The notes under the pieces: generated by a model | What the model saw: the letters and a program-made list of their open reading frames with translations, nothing else | Told to the model about the DNA's origin: nothing | Databases searched by the model: none | Assembly (NCBI GenBank): GCA_030390025.1 | Contig: CM059432.1 | Coordinates: 137,332,001-137,396,000 of the forward strand | DNA: 64,000 bases | Direction: 5' to 3' | Source of the DNA: Squalus acanthias | Taxonomy: Eukaryota | Shown: one piece after another, positions 36,051-49,785 of the stretch | Position numbering within the stretch: the first letter of the stretch is position 1 | Layout: every line of letters begins with the position of its first letter | Program-made: the position numbers and the translations under genes

Positions 36051-38733
36051 ACTACTAAAAAAAATGACAGAACGATCAGGGCCTGATGGTTAAGCAGAAT
36101 GTACAGGTTGGGATGTATGGCTGGACAAGTGTCCCCAATATAGGGCTGGGCAAGGCATTAGAAGTGAAGGTGATCATTTTGGACAGGGTAACTTTTCATC
36201 TTCAGCACTCCCATTAAAATGAATGGATGGAAAGTTGTGAGGCCACATGCACGGTGACAAAAATGATCCCCAAGTTGTTTCACTCGGGCACAGGGAGTGA
36301 GTGGGGCAGACCAAGGCCAGGGTTTGATGGGTGTGCGAGAGTTTATAAAGGAGAGTGTTCAGGCTGCAGAATTCTGGTTTGTGAAGGGTCGAGGTAGGGA
36401 GGCCAGCGAGGAGAGCATTTGAGAAATTGATCCTAGAGGTGACAACAACGTTGCTGAGAGTTTCAGCAGTGAAAGGGGTTTGAGGCAGAGTCTAAATGGA
36501 CAGTATTACAGAAGGTGGTCTTAGTTAGGATGTGAAACAGAAAACTCTATTCAGAGTCAAAGAGGCGACACACCATCAGGCTCAATCGGAGTAAGCAGCC
36601 TGGGAGGTTGAAGGAGTCAACAGCAGAAGCATGTCGATGCTGAAGAGAGCTGAACACAAGGGCTTCAGGTCTGCTGACAATGAGCTGTATGAAGTTTTGG
36701 CTCATCCAGGGCTTGATGTCAGAACAGTAGTGGTGGTGGTGGAGAGATAGAGGGGGTGAAATTGGTTTTCGGTGAAAGTGCGAAACAGGCGATATTGAAT
36801 CGGTAGCCCATTTTACACCGAGCGCGATTTCATTTCCGTTGAAGTCAATGAATTTTTACGGTTGGTTGAGGGAGAGAATGTTGGCCAGCACATTGGGAGC
36901 ACTTGCTGCTCTTCATCGAGATAATATCATCAGATCTTTTGCATGCACCTGAGCTAGCAGGTAAGAACTTAGTTTAACAATTGATGGGGTTAGATGAAGA
37001 AGGGTGGAAGGAGGCTTGTGTGGAGCATAAACACGGCATAGACCAATTGGGCCGAATGTCCTGTAAATATTTTGTAACATGTCATCAGAAAGACAGCAAC
37101 TGTGACAATGCAGCACGCCCATCAGCCGAGATCATGTACTCCAGTCCGGAATGGGGCTTGAACTCACAACCTTCCAACTCAGGTAAGAGTTCTACCAACA
37201 GAGCTAAGCTGGCACGGTTGATGTTCTACTATAACTGGTACCGTTTTACGTCTGGTTTTCCACGCACAACATGTACACATACAAAACAAAATGAAACGCA
37301 GCATACTTTGTGTTTGTTTTACCGTCGTAGGCCTTCGGGCCTTCATAAAGGTTGGATCTGGCCAGATATTCTTCTGATTTTTTTGTTATTGTTTAAAATA
37401 AACATTTGAAAATGATAGCTTCCATCCTCCATCTTGTATCAATCGCGTTCCCTGTCTTTATTTTTTCCAAGACTGGTATTGATTTAGCAGTGCACAAAGG
37501 ATCACAAACATGTTCTGCATGTGTCACCGGAACTCTTAAATTAAATATAAATAAAACGTAGCAGTGAGTGACTGATGTTTCGCTTTTTTTCCAGAACAAG
37601 CAAGCATGTGTTAAAAACCTATTTACAAATTATTATTGGGTAACACAGCTAGGAGCTTGACAGGGCTGTGGGTTTTCTGACAGCTCCATATATGAATCTG
37701 GCAGGTACATGGCAATAATCCAATCAAGAGGTTCCGATGACATCATAAATCACGGAAGCCGAATTCCAAGATTTATACGAACATCACAAAATTGACGGGC
37801 AGGCAAAGACCAGTTGGTCCATCAAGCCTGCCCCACGCCTCATGCGGCTGGACCATTGTGATTAAATACTTCTTTCCACCCACCTCTCCATCCCCCCCGC
37901 CCCCCCACCCCCCACTCCGCAGCCATAGAATCTCCTGGGAGAGGCAAAAAAAAGAGAAAAAGCCCAGAGCCAAAAGGGAAAAATTACTCTGGGAGATTCC
38001 TCTTCGACCCCCCTCAGGCGATGAAAACCAGTCCAGGAGATCACACGGACCGAGTGTTCTCTATAAAGACACTTGCCTTCCATATGATGCCATCTCTGCC
38101 CCAGTCAGGAACCGGTCCAGCTCCCTCTTGAAGGCATTCAGCATCCACCACACCAGTCGGCAATGTAATCCAGAGACTCACTACTATCTGGGAAAAGAAG
38201 TACTGCCCAACATCCAGTCTATTCCTACTCTTACATAGTTTTATTGCTAGTAATTCAATGCCAGCGTGTCAGTATTTTCAGCGTTATATAAGATAAAGAT
38301 TGATCTTTTTAAACTTCTGCTGCTTTCGTCACTCGGCACTGTAATGTCAGTCTGCCCAGGATAATGTGTTATCCTGAATACTGAAACATAGAACAATGGA
38401 CCATTGCTCGTATAATACAATCTGATCCCTCTAGCAGCAAACAGTCAGTCAGCGTCTGTAGAGAGAACAGACAAGCTAACATTTCAGGCGTAGACCCTTG
38501 GTCAGAACCTTTGGCTTATTGTATAAGTTGTTTAAGGGGTTCATTAGTTAGGCAGGGATTTGACTGAGTGAGATATTATTTTGGACCAGGGCTATGGCCC
38601 ATTTTTGAAGTTACAAATCAATCAAGGAGCTACATTTACCTGTTCTTATTAATATGGATTTTTTTTCATCAGGTACAACAGAGGATTGAGATTGAGATTT
38701 GTAACACAGTGCCTGGCAGATGGGATTGCCAGC

Positions 38734-39274
38734 TTCTTCTTAGGCAGTCCCTCGGAACCGAGGATGACTTGCTTCCACATTAAAAATGAGTTCTCAGGTG
38801 ACTGATGAGTTCAATGCGGGACCTACAGTCTCTGTCACAGGTGGGGCAGACAGTGGTTGAAGGGGAGGGTGGGTGGGGTGCTTGGGTTGACGTGCGCTCC
38901 CTGCGCTGCTTGTGCTTGGCTTCCGCTTGCTCCCGGCGAAGAGACTCGAGGTGTTCGGCACCTTCCCGGATGCTTCTCCTCCACTTTGTGTGGCCTTGGG
39001 CCAGGGATTCTCAGGTGTCGGTGGGGATGTTGCACTTTTTCAAGGAGGCTTTGAGGGTGTCCTTGAAGCGTTTCCTCTGCCCACCTGGGTCTCCCTTGCC
39101 GTGTCAGAGCTCCAAGTAGAGCGCTTGTTTTGGGAGTCTCGTATTGGGCATGCGGACAATGTGACCTGTCCATCGGAGCTGATCGAGCGTGGTCAAAGCT
39201 TCAATGTTGGGGATGTTGGCCTGAGCGAGAACACTGACGTTGGTGCGCCCATCCTGCCAATGGATTTGCAAGAT
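38734..39274 (-). mobile_element. RTE-clade LINE, 5'-truncated
   Basis: Same family as 8883-9386. 10-bp TSD gattgccagc (38724-38733 / 39275-39284). Confidence 0.88.
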
Positions 39275-40337
39275 GATTGCCAGCAGATAACTGAACAATA
39301 CCAATCCTGAGCTGGCTGCTCGCAGATCAATGTGGACAATCCAAGGTCTCTTGCCTTCTGATTTTCTTTCCCTTCCTCCCACCCGCCCAATGGAGAAAGA
39401 ATAAAACAATGTACATTCATATAATACCTTATCACGTCCTCATGATGGACGGGACAGAGAGCAGCGGTGGACCGGGACCGGCCTGAGACAAGCGGCGGCC
39501 GACCGGGGACTGGCCTGAGACAAGCGGCGAGACGGAGACGCTTATCAGGAAACTCTGGAATTCGCCTCAATGCCCGTGTATGTTCCATAAAGATGGAAGT
39601 TCAGATCCAGGAATTTAAGGTGTTAGCAGATGAAATAGTGATTATCATAAAATGCTCCAGAGGCGATGAATTGCTTTCGAAGTCCGGTCACTATTGTGAT
39701 ATAGATAAAGCAGCAGCCAATTTGCAGACAGCAAGGTTTTCCACAAACAGCAAATTAGATAAATGGTCAACTAATCTGCTTTTGATTGAGGGAAAAATGA
39801 TGGCCAGAACATCACCTTGCTCTGCTTCAAAGAGTGCCATCGTATCTTTTACATCCAACAATATCCCTCAACCAACTTCATTTAAAACAGATTATCACAG
39901 TGCTGTTTGTGGGAGCTTGCTGTGCGCGAATTGGCTGCCATGTTTCCTACATTACAACAGTGGCTACACCTCAAAAGTACTTCATTGGTGATAAAGTGCT
40001 TTGGGACATCATGAGGTCGTGAAAGGCGCTATATGAATGCAAGCCTTTCTTTCCATCTGAACAGCCAGTTTCATTTCTTAATCGAAAGATGACACCTCCA
40101 ACAATGCAAGAAAGTGGCAGCTTTGGTTTATGTGTCGTTCCCATCCTGCAGTGGAGCTTGATCCCACACAATCTTCTCACTCAGAGGCAAGAAGGACAAC
40201 ACCTAAGCCACGTTGTCACTTTCCACTCTCTGCTTTCTCCAGTAGTTTAGCAGAGGATTAAAAACTTGCCACTAGGTCCTTTGCTGTCTTCTTCTCTTCT
40301 TTCAATAGCCCAGGGTTTATGCATCAGGGCATAATTC

Positions 40338-40585
40338 TTTATACCACGCCTTTAACAGAGTAAAATGTCCCAAGGCACTTCACAGGAGGGTTATCAAACA
40401 AAATTAGACACCGGGCCACATAAGGAGAAATTAGGACAGGGCCTTTGTCAAAGAGGTAGGTTTTAAGGAACATCTTAAAGGAGGAGAGAGAGGCGGAGAG
40501 GTTTAGGGAGGGAATTCCAGAGCTTAGGGCCAAGGCAGCTGAAGGCATGGCCGCTAATGGTGGAGCGATGAAAATCGGGGACACA
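40338..40585 (-). mobile_element. L2 LINE 3' fragment
   Basis: Matches the other L2 tails (gtcaaagaggtaggttttaagg...gggaattccagagcttaggg). Confidence 0.8.
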
Positions 40586-40589
40586 AAAG

Positions 40590-41580
40590 TAGGTGATTTG
40601 CCAAACAGTGAGGAGAACTGTAAAAGATGTCAGAAAAGCATAAACAGGTTATTGGATTAAGCAGATAGGTGGCTGATACAATTTAGCGTGGATAAGCACG
40701 AGCTAATACACATTGGGAGAGACCTAGGATTTCAAATACATAATTCCTTGAAAGTGTGAGAGCAATTAAAGACAAACAAAGACTGATAGAAGTTTGGATT
40801 TTATAAATAGAGACATAAGGGTAGAATTTCCATGGGGTTTTTCCCCAATCTCCTGCTGTAACTTTTGCAGAAGAATGGTGGAAATCGTGGAGAAATGTAA
40901 GTATTGGCCGATTAGCCGTTTCTCTGAGGTGTCTGCAGACCTTCCACCAGAGTTCGGGCGGGAAATCAAGGGAATCCCTGTGGAAATTCGACACCGCAGA
41001 GTACAAGAGTAATGAAGCAATGGTGAATTTATACAAAACATTGATTAGACCACAGTTAGTGAGCTTGTGGGCAGTTTCAGGTGTTCAATTATAGAAAGGA
41101 CTTTAAAGTCATAGCATGCGTGGAGCATCTATTCAACAGGATGTTCCAGGGATGGAAACTATAGCTGTGAGAAGACATTTGAGAGACTGTGACTATTTCC
41201 ACTGGAGCAGAGAAGGCCAAGAGGAGATTTAGCAGAAGTTCAAAAAAAATTCTCAAAGGTGAATGGGAAAGACAATTTCCTTTGGATTAAGTGTCAGTGA
41301 CAAGGAGTCATCAATTCAGAATTGTCACTAAAAGAGTGAGGAGAGAGTTAGGCAAAATGTCTTTACACAGAGAGTTGTTGGAACATGAAATGCTTTGCCA
41401 TAGGGAATGGACGAGGCAGAGGCCATTGCCTTCTTAACAAAATATAATTGGTTAATATTTAAAGCAGAGAAAGATGCAAGGTTATTAGGAGAAAGCAGGG
41501 TAATGGAATTTGTTTTGGATTGCTCTAACAAAGACATGATGGGCTGAGTGGCCTCCTTCTGTTCTGTAAATTTCTATGGT
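40590..41580 (+). mobile_element. Degraded CR1 3' fragment interrupted by a small TIR element (40819-40995)
   Basis: CR1-like ataaatagagacata|...|agagtacaagag continuity across the insert. The insert has TIR gggtagaatttccatgggg / ccctgtggaaattcgacacc. Confidence 0.65.
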
Positions 41581-41689
41581 TGTCCGGTTAATGAGTCATG
41601 CCGTAGGTATAAGGAAAGTGTTATGATTAAAGGGCTGGCGGGTCTGTGGTGACACATCTTAAACTCAAAGCGGACAGGTTCTTTATACC

Positions 41690-42220
41690 TGTGATGGAGT
41701 GTCATGGAATACTCTCCACTTGTCTGATGAGTGCAGCTGCAACAACGCTCAAGAAGCTCGACACCATCCAGGACAAAGCAGCCCATTTGATTGGCACCCC
41801 ATCCACCACCTTAAACATTCACTCCCTCCACCACCGGCATACCATGGCTGCAGTGTGGACCATCTACAAGATGCACTGCAGCAACTCGCTAAGGCTTCTT
41901 CGGCAGCATCTCCCAAACCCGCGACCTCTTCCACCTCGAAGGACAAGGGCAGCAGGCGCATGGGAACACCACCACCTCCAAGTTCCCCTCCAAGTCACAC
42001 ACCATCCTGACTTAGAAGTATATCGCCAATCCTTCATCGTCGCTGGGTCAAAATCCTGGAACTCCCTCCCTAACAGCACTGTGGGAGTACCTTCACCACA
42101 CAGACTGCAGCGGTTCAAGAAGGCAGCTCACCACCACCTTCTCAAGGGCAATTAGGGATGGGCAATAAATGCTGGCCTCGCCAGCGATGCTCAGATCCCA
42201 TAAGCGAATAAATAAAAAAC
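41690..42220 (+). mobile_element. Non-LTR retrotransposon 3' fragment (clade not assigned); another copy at about 44890-45225 (-)
   Basis: ORF 41646-42155 encodes LKKLDTIQDKAA.LIG...SLHHR...SWNSLP...FKKAAHHHL, followed by an A-rich tail. Confidence 0.75.
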
Positions 42221-43276
42221 CTGCCCTTTCCACGTAAAAAGATGAGTCTTTGCAATGAAACTCACCACTTTTTAAGCAAATATATCACAGTAAAAAAAAA
42301 TGGAATTTACAGAAGCCATGGAGGCCGCAAATCAACTTACAAAGTAGCAAGTTCTTTGAAAATGAGTCCCATTGTTGGGATAGTGTAGGTATTGCCCCAC
42401 CTTATCTCTAAGCAATGTTAAATGCTCAATATTGTTATAAGATGAAAAGGATGAGGGAAAGGTTCTATTCCAAAACATAAGCAAGTTTCATAAGCAAAGT
42501 AATTTGCTTAGCTGAACGTTTCTTTGCCATTTATTGTGTTTGTATCCACGTGGATGCAATGGCAGGGTAATAAAGGAGTTTATCATGTAGACATGATTTG
42601 TACTGCATTGTTAAATTATCCTATTCAGATCCCTTTCATACCAGGTAAACGCATAGCTCTAAAAGTTGATTGGTGCCATATTATAGAAAAAGAACCTTTG
42701 TACTTTGCTTAAATTGTTGAAAATAGCAGGAAGCATAATTGTCTCTTTTATAAATAAAAAAAGTATCACTGCCATGTTGCTCCCTCTACAAGAGGCATTG
42801 AGCTATAAGGGAAATCTCTTAACAGTTAATTCAACTTACAGGTGCAAACTAGATACCTATACCAAACTTTAGTGTCCTCCCTTTTAACATAGCATTGCTA
42901 CCCTTCATATTTCATAAGGACGCAAGACCCTTTCCTCTTCTGCACTATGGCATTGGCAAATGAATGCTCAACACATGGACAAACCAATGTGAAATTATTT
43001 TTAATCTGATGTTTAGCCATTGCATGGAATTAGAGTACGGCAGTCACATTTTCTCTTCTATAAATTCTGTATTTCATGTATGTGAAACAAGCCTGTTCCA
43101 TATTTTCACTGGCCACATATATCCTGTCTAAAAATAAGATCACCTAATATCATTAATACATGGTGCACAGGCAATTCAAAGTTTATCATATCACTAACAG
43201 TTCTGAACATGCATCCCTGTATCTTTCTAACTTAAAGCAAGGCAAATTTATAGACTCTTACAGCACAGAAGGAGGC

Positions 43277-43935
43277 AAATGGAGTGTTGGCCTTTATTGC
43301 AAAGGGAATGGAGTATAAAAGTAGGGAAGTCCTGTTACAACTGTACAGGGCGTTGGTGAGACCACAACTGGAGTACTGCGTACAGTTTTGGTCTCCTTAT
43401 TTAAGGAAGGATATACTTGCATTGGAGGCAGTCAGAGAAGGTTCACGAGGTTGATTCCAGAGATGAAGGGGCTGTCTTATGAAGAAAGGTTGAGCAGGTT
43501 GAGCCTATACTCATTGGAGTTTAGCAGAATGAGAGGGGATCTTATTGAAACATATAAGATTCTGAAGGGGCTTGACAGGGTAGATGCAGAGAGGATGTTT
43601 CCCCTCGTGGGGGAATCTAGAACTAGGGGGCATAATTTCAGAATAAGGGGGCACCCATTTAAATCAGAAATGAGGAGGAATTTCTTCTCTCAGAGGGTCG
43701 TGAATCTTTGGAATTCTCTTCCCCAGAGAGCTGTGGAGGCTGGGTCATTGAATATATTTAAGGTGGAGATAGACAGATTTTTGAATGGTAAGGGAGTCAA
43801 GGGTTATGGGGAGCGGGCAGGTAAGTGGAGTTGAGGCCAAGATCAGATCAGCCATGATCTTATTGAATGACGGAGCAGGCTCGAGGGGCCAAATGACCTA
43901 CTCCTGCTCCTACGTCTTATGTTCTTATGTTCTTA
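43277..43935 (+). mobile_element. CR1 3' fragment nested inside the tail of an opposite-strand CR1 fragment (43250-44222)
   Basis: ORF 43388-43834 is the RT C-terminus, with a (ttcttatg)n tail. The host reads cagcacagaaggaggc|...|attcgacccatcg. Confidence 0.85.
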
Positions 43936-45332
43936 TTCGACCCATCGTGGCTGTGCCAGGTCTTAGAAAGAGCTATCCCATTAGTCCCACTCCCCTACTC
44001 TTTCCCCATAGCCCTGCAAATTTCTCCCCTTCAAGTATTTATCCAAGTCCCTTTTGAAAGTTACTATTGAATCTGCTTCCACCGCCCTTTCAGGCAGAGC
44101 ATTGCAGATCACAACAACTCGCTGCGTAAAAAAAAAATTCCCCTCATCTCCCCTCCGGCTCTTTTGCCAATGACCTTAAATCTGTGTCCTCTGGTTACCG
44201 ACACTTCTGCCACTGGAAACAGAAGGGGTCCATTTTCAGATCCATAATGCCAGCAATAACTGACTTTGGTTAATTCTGTCATCTTCGTCCATATGTACTG
44301 TGAATTGCATCTGTTTGAGGCCAAATGGAAATTATGAGCCAGGAAACATCACAAGATTAGAACAAACATTTGATACAAATGTAATTTCATAACATCATGC
44401 TCCCATCTTATTCCCAAAGGTTCTTTTCTGGCAAAGGGTTACCAGTTCTTGATCATAAACTATGCTGCAGTTAAAGTTACCAAAACAAATCAAAATTAAG
44501 AATTTGGAATCCATCCTGAAATTTGTTCAAAGCCCCTTAAGGTATAGTAAAATATTTTATAGCTACTCTTCATTCTCCAGTCTTTAGAAATAACTCACTT
44601 CTTTCCAATTTTAATTGCTGGACGATTCTGCAGTGAGGACACTATGAAATGTACGGACACAGTTTTTATCAACTCAATCTGTTCAATATGTGTTACATTT
44701 ATATTTGAATAATCCTAACCGCTTGAGTCAAAATTTACTAATCAGGAATCACAGCACTACGAGACTTTCTAACACAGTTCCATTTTCTCAACTGTCCTTT
44801 TCTAAGAGGCAAATACCTTCAGTGTGCGGGTGCCTTAGCTAGCATATGTGTAAGCTTAGTTTTCTTTGATTTACTGTGGCAAACTTAGCATTTTTTTTAA
44901 TTTATTCATTCATGGGATGTGGGCATCTTTGGCAAGGCCAGCATTTATTGCCCATCCCTAATTGTTCTTGAGAAGGTGGTGGTGAGCCGCCTTCTTGAAA
45001 CGCTGCAGTCCGTGTGATGAAGGTACTCCCACAGTGCTGTTAGGGAGGGAGCTCCAGGATTTTGACCCAGCGACGATGAAGGATCGGCCGATATACTTCC
45101 AAGTCAGGCTGGTGTGTGATTTGGAGGGGAACCTGGAGGTGGTGGTGTTCCCATGCGCCTGCTGGCCTTGTCCTTCTAGGTGGTAGAGGTCGCGGGTTTG
45201 GGAGGTGCTGTCGAAGAAGCCTTTTCGAGTATGTAGCTCATCAAATCTATCGAAGTACTACAGTTGTATTAATACAGAGCTGTGTCTTGCTGCAAGTAAT
45301 GTTTTCAATCTGCTGACATCTTGATCCCAGGG

Positions 45333-45707
45333 TTGGGTTGCCAAATGTGGCTGGATGTATTCCTGGAGATTTCACATAACCCCCTGCCTCGAACCACCAC
45401 GCTCCCACACATTCCGCCATTGGTCCATCCTCCAGGCACACTGTCTTCCCACGGCCAATTGGAAAATGAACAGGCTCTTTGTTACCCAATTGGATTAATC
45501 TTGACAGTTAGTGACACAGACTTTTTTAACCCCCATCTCCAATATCTGTAGAACTAATAGATGAAAATGTTCAAAGAAAATGTAAAAAAAACACCATTTT
45601 TTTAATGCCCCTATGATTTTTCCCCGGGTTTGCTTGTCACACTGTCCTGGAGATTAAACTTCAATTCATGGAGACTCCAGGACAATCCTGGAGGGTTGGC
45701 AACCCTC
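45333..45707. mobile_element. hAT-type MITE (TAGGGTTGCCA family)
   Basis: gggttgccaa ... gagactccaggacaatcctggagggttggcaaccct. Confidence 0.7.
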
Positions 45708-46395
45708 CACTCGGGATACCTTATCCTTCCCTTCCCACCCCTGACATAATATACTTGCCATCGGTAGCCAATTTCTAAATCACCTTGAAATTACCTATTC
45801 CATATTGCAAGATACCCCTTTTAAAAGCTCAGGGCACAAAAGATTACAGGGTCTAATTTCTGTGGGGGGGTGGGGCCAGAGGTGCTCCCAATTAGCCACC
45901 CTAAATTCATCGAAAATCCCGGAGAATCGGCTGCTCTTGTGAACACAATCTGCCCGCTATATAATACAGCACAGAAGGAGGCCATTCGGCCCATCGTGCC
46001 TGTGCCGGCTCTTTGAAAGAGCTAATCCAATTAGACCCACTCCATCTTGCCCCCCACCCCCACCCTTTCCCCACAGCCCTGCAATATATTCAGAACCTTA
46101 TAACAACAATCATTTCTGTAAAAACACCTGAAAGGGTGGCAACGTTATTCAAACTCATAGGTAAGCCCTGATTTTTTTTTAAAATTTCACTGAAAGGTTC
46201 TGCTGAAATGTACTAAGTGTTGTTGCTAAGCTGTTTGGTAAAGAAAGATTGGCAATAAAAAAGGGCAAAGTAAAGTTCGATATATTTCTTGACCTTTGCA
46301 ATAGAAGCCATACTCAACCTAGATGGACAGTAAAGAGCAGCTTGTCAATATTAAAAGCAGAGATTTATTGATGTAGCCATGATACTTATTTATTT

Positions 46396-46975
46396 ACAAC
46401 AACAACAACTTGCATTTATATGGAGACTTTAACATCGTAAAACATCCCAAGGCGCTTCACAGGAGCGTTATCAAATAAAATTTGACACCGAGCCAGATAA
46501 GAAGATATTGTGACAAGGTGACCAAAAGCTTGGTCAAAGAGGTAGGTTTTAAGGAGCGTCTTAAAGGAGGAGAGAGAGGCGGAGAGGTTTAGAGAGGGAA
46601 TTCCAGAGCTTAGGGCCTAGGCAGCTGAAGGCACGGCCGCCAGCATTGGAGTGATGAAAATCTGGGATGCGCAAGAAACCTGAACTGGAGGAGTGCAGAG
46701 ATCTCAGAGGGTTGTAGGGCTGAAGGAGGTTACAGAGATAGGGAGGGAGGGAGCGAGGGATTTGAAAACAATGATGAGAATTTTTTAATTGAGGCGTTGT
46801 CGGACTGGGAGCCAATATCGGTCAGCGAGCACAGGGATAATGGGTGAACGGGACTTGTTAGGATACGGACAGCAGAGGTTTGGATGAGCTCAAGTTGATG
46901 GAGGGTGGAAGGTGGGAGGCTGGCAAGGAGAGCGTTGGCATGGTCAAGTCTAGAGGTAACAAAGGCATGGATGAG
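46396..46975 (-). mobile_element. L2 LINE 3' fragment
   Basis: Encodes LIHAFVTSRLDHANALL ... GGRAFSCLGPKLWNSL and ends in a (caa)n tail. Confidence 0.88.
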
Positions 46976-47112
46976 GGACAAATTAACCATTTGTCCGCAA
47001 GTTGATGAGAAAAATACTATTCACCTTCCAGGGAACAACTCCAAAAATCGCCTATTTTACTACCTCTGAGGAGATTTCTTACAAGCTTAGTTCTTTTCAT
47101 GGTTGTGTCCCA

Positions 47113-47610
47113 CGCCCAAAATTCAATGGTAGCGCCCCGAGCAGGAGGCGGGACGCTACTGGAAGTGCTCCCCCTCCCTCTTGGGGCGCTCCCATTGAAT
47201 ATCGCGGCGCTACGTGCAGCAGCGCCTGGCGCGTCGGCACGTAGCACCGCAGTATTACAGGCCTCCCTCCCCTGATTAAAGGGGAGGGGCCTAGCGCAGC
47301 GCGCACCGGGGCCCTGCTGGACCACCGGCGAGCGGGGTGCCGGAAAAAGAGCCCGGCACTCAAGAGGAGTGCCGGGCTGACCCATCGCGGCTGGCACCCT
47401 GCAGGGGGAGGCCAGAGGGGGCAGGTGCTGGCAGGCGGCTCAGAAAAAAATGGCCACCCAGCACCTGCCCTTTAATTTGCGCCGCCCCGGCCGCAAACAC
47501 GGCACCCTGACCCTGTCGGACATAGCGTCCGGCGGTAGGTCTGGGGCCGCGAGCCAAGTTTGCGGCCGGGGCACTAACGGGATGCTCAAAGCAACCCAAT
47601 TTTTCCCCCT
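47113..47610. repeat. GC/CpG-rich hairpin-rich element (probable non-autonomous DNA transposon)
   Basis: Inverted repeats at 47121-47138 / 47183-47200 and 47350-47361 / 47367-47378. Abrupt GC-rich island. Confidence 0.5.
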
Positions 47611-47882
47611 TGGTGTTTTGTACATTGCAGTAGTATTGAACACATGCACTCCACACCAAAGCCCTTGGTCTTAGAGTGCACAAGTTATACATACACTCCT
47701 TCAACACGCCAGTGAAGTGCCTTGGGACGTTTTTTTCTACGTTAAAGGCGCTATATAAATGCAGGCTGTTGTTGATTATGGATTCTGTTTATTTCATGAG
47801 CTCTTCTGAGTAGCTCAATGCTTTTCCGGTTGTTGCTGCTAGGTGGCGCATGTGCTGCAGAAACTGTTAATTCACACATATT

Positions 47883-48626
47883 GGCCCAGAAATTGATCTC
47901 GCTCTGTTCCCGCGGGGGTAAGGCTTCCCCGCGATCTCTCACTCCGCTTGTGCTTTTTCAGATGCAGCTCGCACGAACTTGATGTTCCAGACATCAGCTG
48001 GGCAGTGCTTGCGTATCCCACCGGCGTAGTGAATTCGTGCGAGCTGTGGGATCACGTGACTCAGTTAGAGCCAATGGCAGCACACCATCTTCCATTCATA
48101 AGTTTCACTTCCGTGCTGTAAAATCTATGAATCTTACACCCCCCCAAAATAACAGCTAAACCTCAATTAAATTTTTTTTAAAAACCATCACATTAATAAA
48201 ATAAGTATAGTTAAATAAATTAACCATTTTAAATAAAAAATTAAATTTTTGAAAAAATTTAAAATCTTTTAAAAAGTTATAAAAATAAACTTACCTGTCT
48301 TTAAAGTCTCTAAAAAAGATATACCTGTTAAAAAAAATTCAAAAAAATACTTAATTCACTACTTACCTTGTTAAAAGTGGGTCTTACTCCTCCTTTTTCG
48401 TTTCTAAAATCTTCCGTCCTTACCTGCCCGTCCAAAGCACTTAAGTGCACAGCGTGCGCGCAGCCTGTAGCGCGCACGCGATGCACCGAGGAACCGCCCC
48501 CTTTTCAAAAGACCAATTGCCGGTTTTCAGCGCATGCGCAGGGCATGCAGAAAACCGGCAATTGGAGTGGGAATACGCGAGAGTACGCAGTGCGTACTCT
48601 CACGTCGCGGGATGAATTTTTGGCCC
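47883..48626. mobile_element. PIF/Harbinger-type MITE
   Basis: TIR ggcccagaaattgatctcgc / gcgggatgaatttttggccc, 3-bp TSD att (47880-47882 / 48627-48629), AT-rich core. Confidence 0.7.
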
Positions 48627-48834
48627 ATTAAATAGCATTTAAAATTCATTCTCGTGAAATACCATATTGTTCAGTCCACACAAGCTTGCCGCTCAAGCCC
48701 CGAATGAATATTGTCAGGTTTCTATGATGGGATTGTGCCAGAGTTTTGTGGAGCAAGGTTAAATATGCCAAATAAAATTTACAATAGAAAAATCCCATAA
48801 ATGGAATTACAGGTACTTCCACTGCCGTATAGAA

Positions 48835-49297
48835 AAGAAAGAAGGACTTGCCTTTATACAGCGTCCTTTATGACGTCCCAAAGCGCTTTACAGCCAATGA
48901 AGTACTTTTGAAATGTAGTCACTGTTGTAATGTAGGAAACGCAGCAGCCAATTTGTGCACAGCAAGGTCCTACAAACAGCAATGTGACAATGACCAGATA
49001 ATCTGTTTTTAGTGATGTTGGTTGAGGGATAAATATTGGTTACTACACCGAGGAGAACTCCTCTGCTCATCTTCGAAATAGTGCCATGGGATCTTTTACG
49101 TCCACCTGAGAGAGCAGACGGAGCCTCGGTTTAATCTCTCATCTAAAAGACGGCACCTCCGACGGTGCAGCACTCCCCCAGTACTGCACTGGGAGCGTCA
49201 GCCTAGATTTTGTACTCATGTCTCTTGGATTGGGTCCTGAACCCACAAGCGTCTGACTCAGAAGCGACAGGACTGCCACTGAGCCAAGGCTGACACA
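48835..49297 (-). mobile_element. Complete Deu-domain SINE (SacSINE1-like)
   Basis: Full tRNA-like head through L2-like tail on the minus strand. Confidence 0.85.
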
Positions 49298-49435
49298 GCA
49301 GTAAATGCTGAAAGCAGCAACAAGAAGATGCTAAAGGGAAACAACAATACTTTCGAGGGTCGAACCGCCTTGAAAACGAAGAGAAGCGGCAGTGATGTCG
49401 AGACGCGGCCTCATTAACATCGGGTCAGCGAGCTT

Positions 49436-49785
49436 AAGGGTCGCCAGCTCTGGTTGGGTGTATTCCGGGAGATTTCATAACATGACCTCCAACAGCCCCC
49501 CCTCCCCACTCTCCCGCCATTGGTCGCCCGACACGTCCATCCTCGCAGTGACCCGCCTTCCCACAACAATTGAAAATCGAAGACTCTTCATAGCCTGATT
49601 GGATGATTCTTGACTGTCAATCAAACAGCCCTTTTTTCCCCTCCCATCTCCAACATTTTTAGAACTAATTAACAAAAGTGTTCAACTAGAGTGAAAGAAA
49701 AAGACACCTTTGTCTCGCAGTGTCCTGGAGGTCAATCTTCAATTCCTAGAGACTCCAGGCCAATCCTGGAGGGTTGGTAACGCCA
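49436..49785. mobile_element. hAT-type MITE (mirrored at about 62944-63291)
   Basis: agggtcgccagctctgg ... ctggagggttggtaacgcca. Confidence 0.65.
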
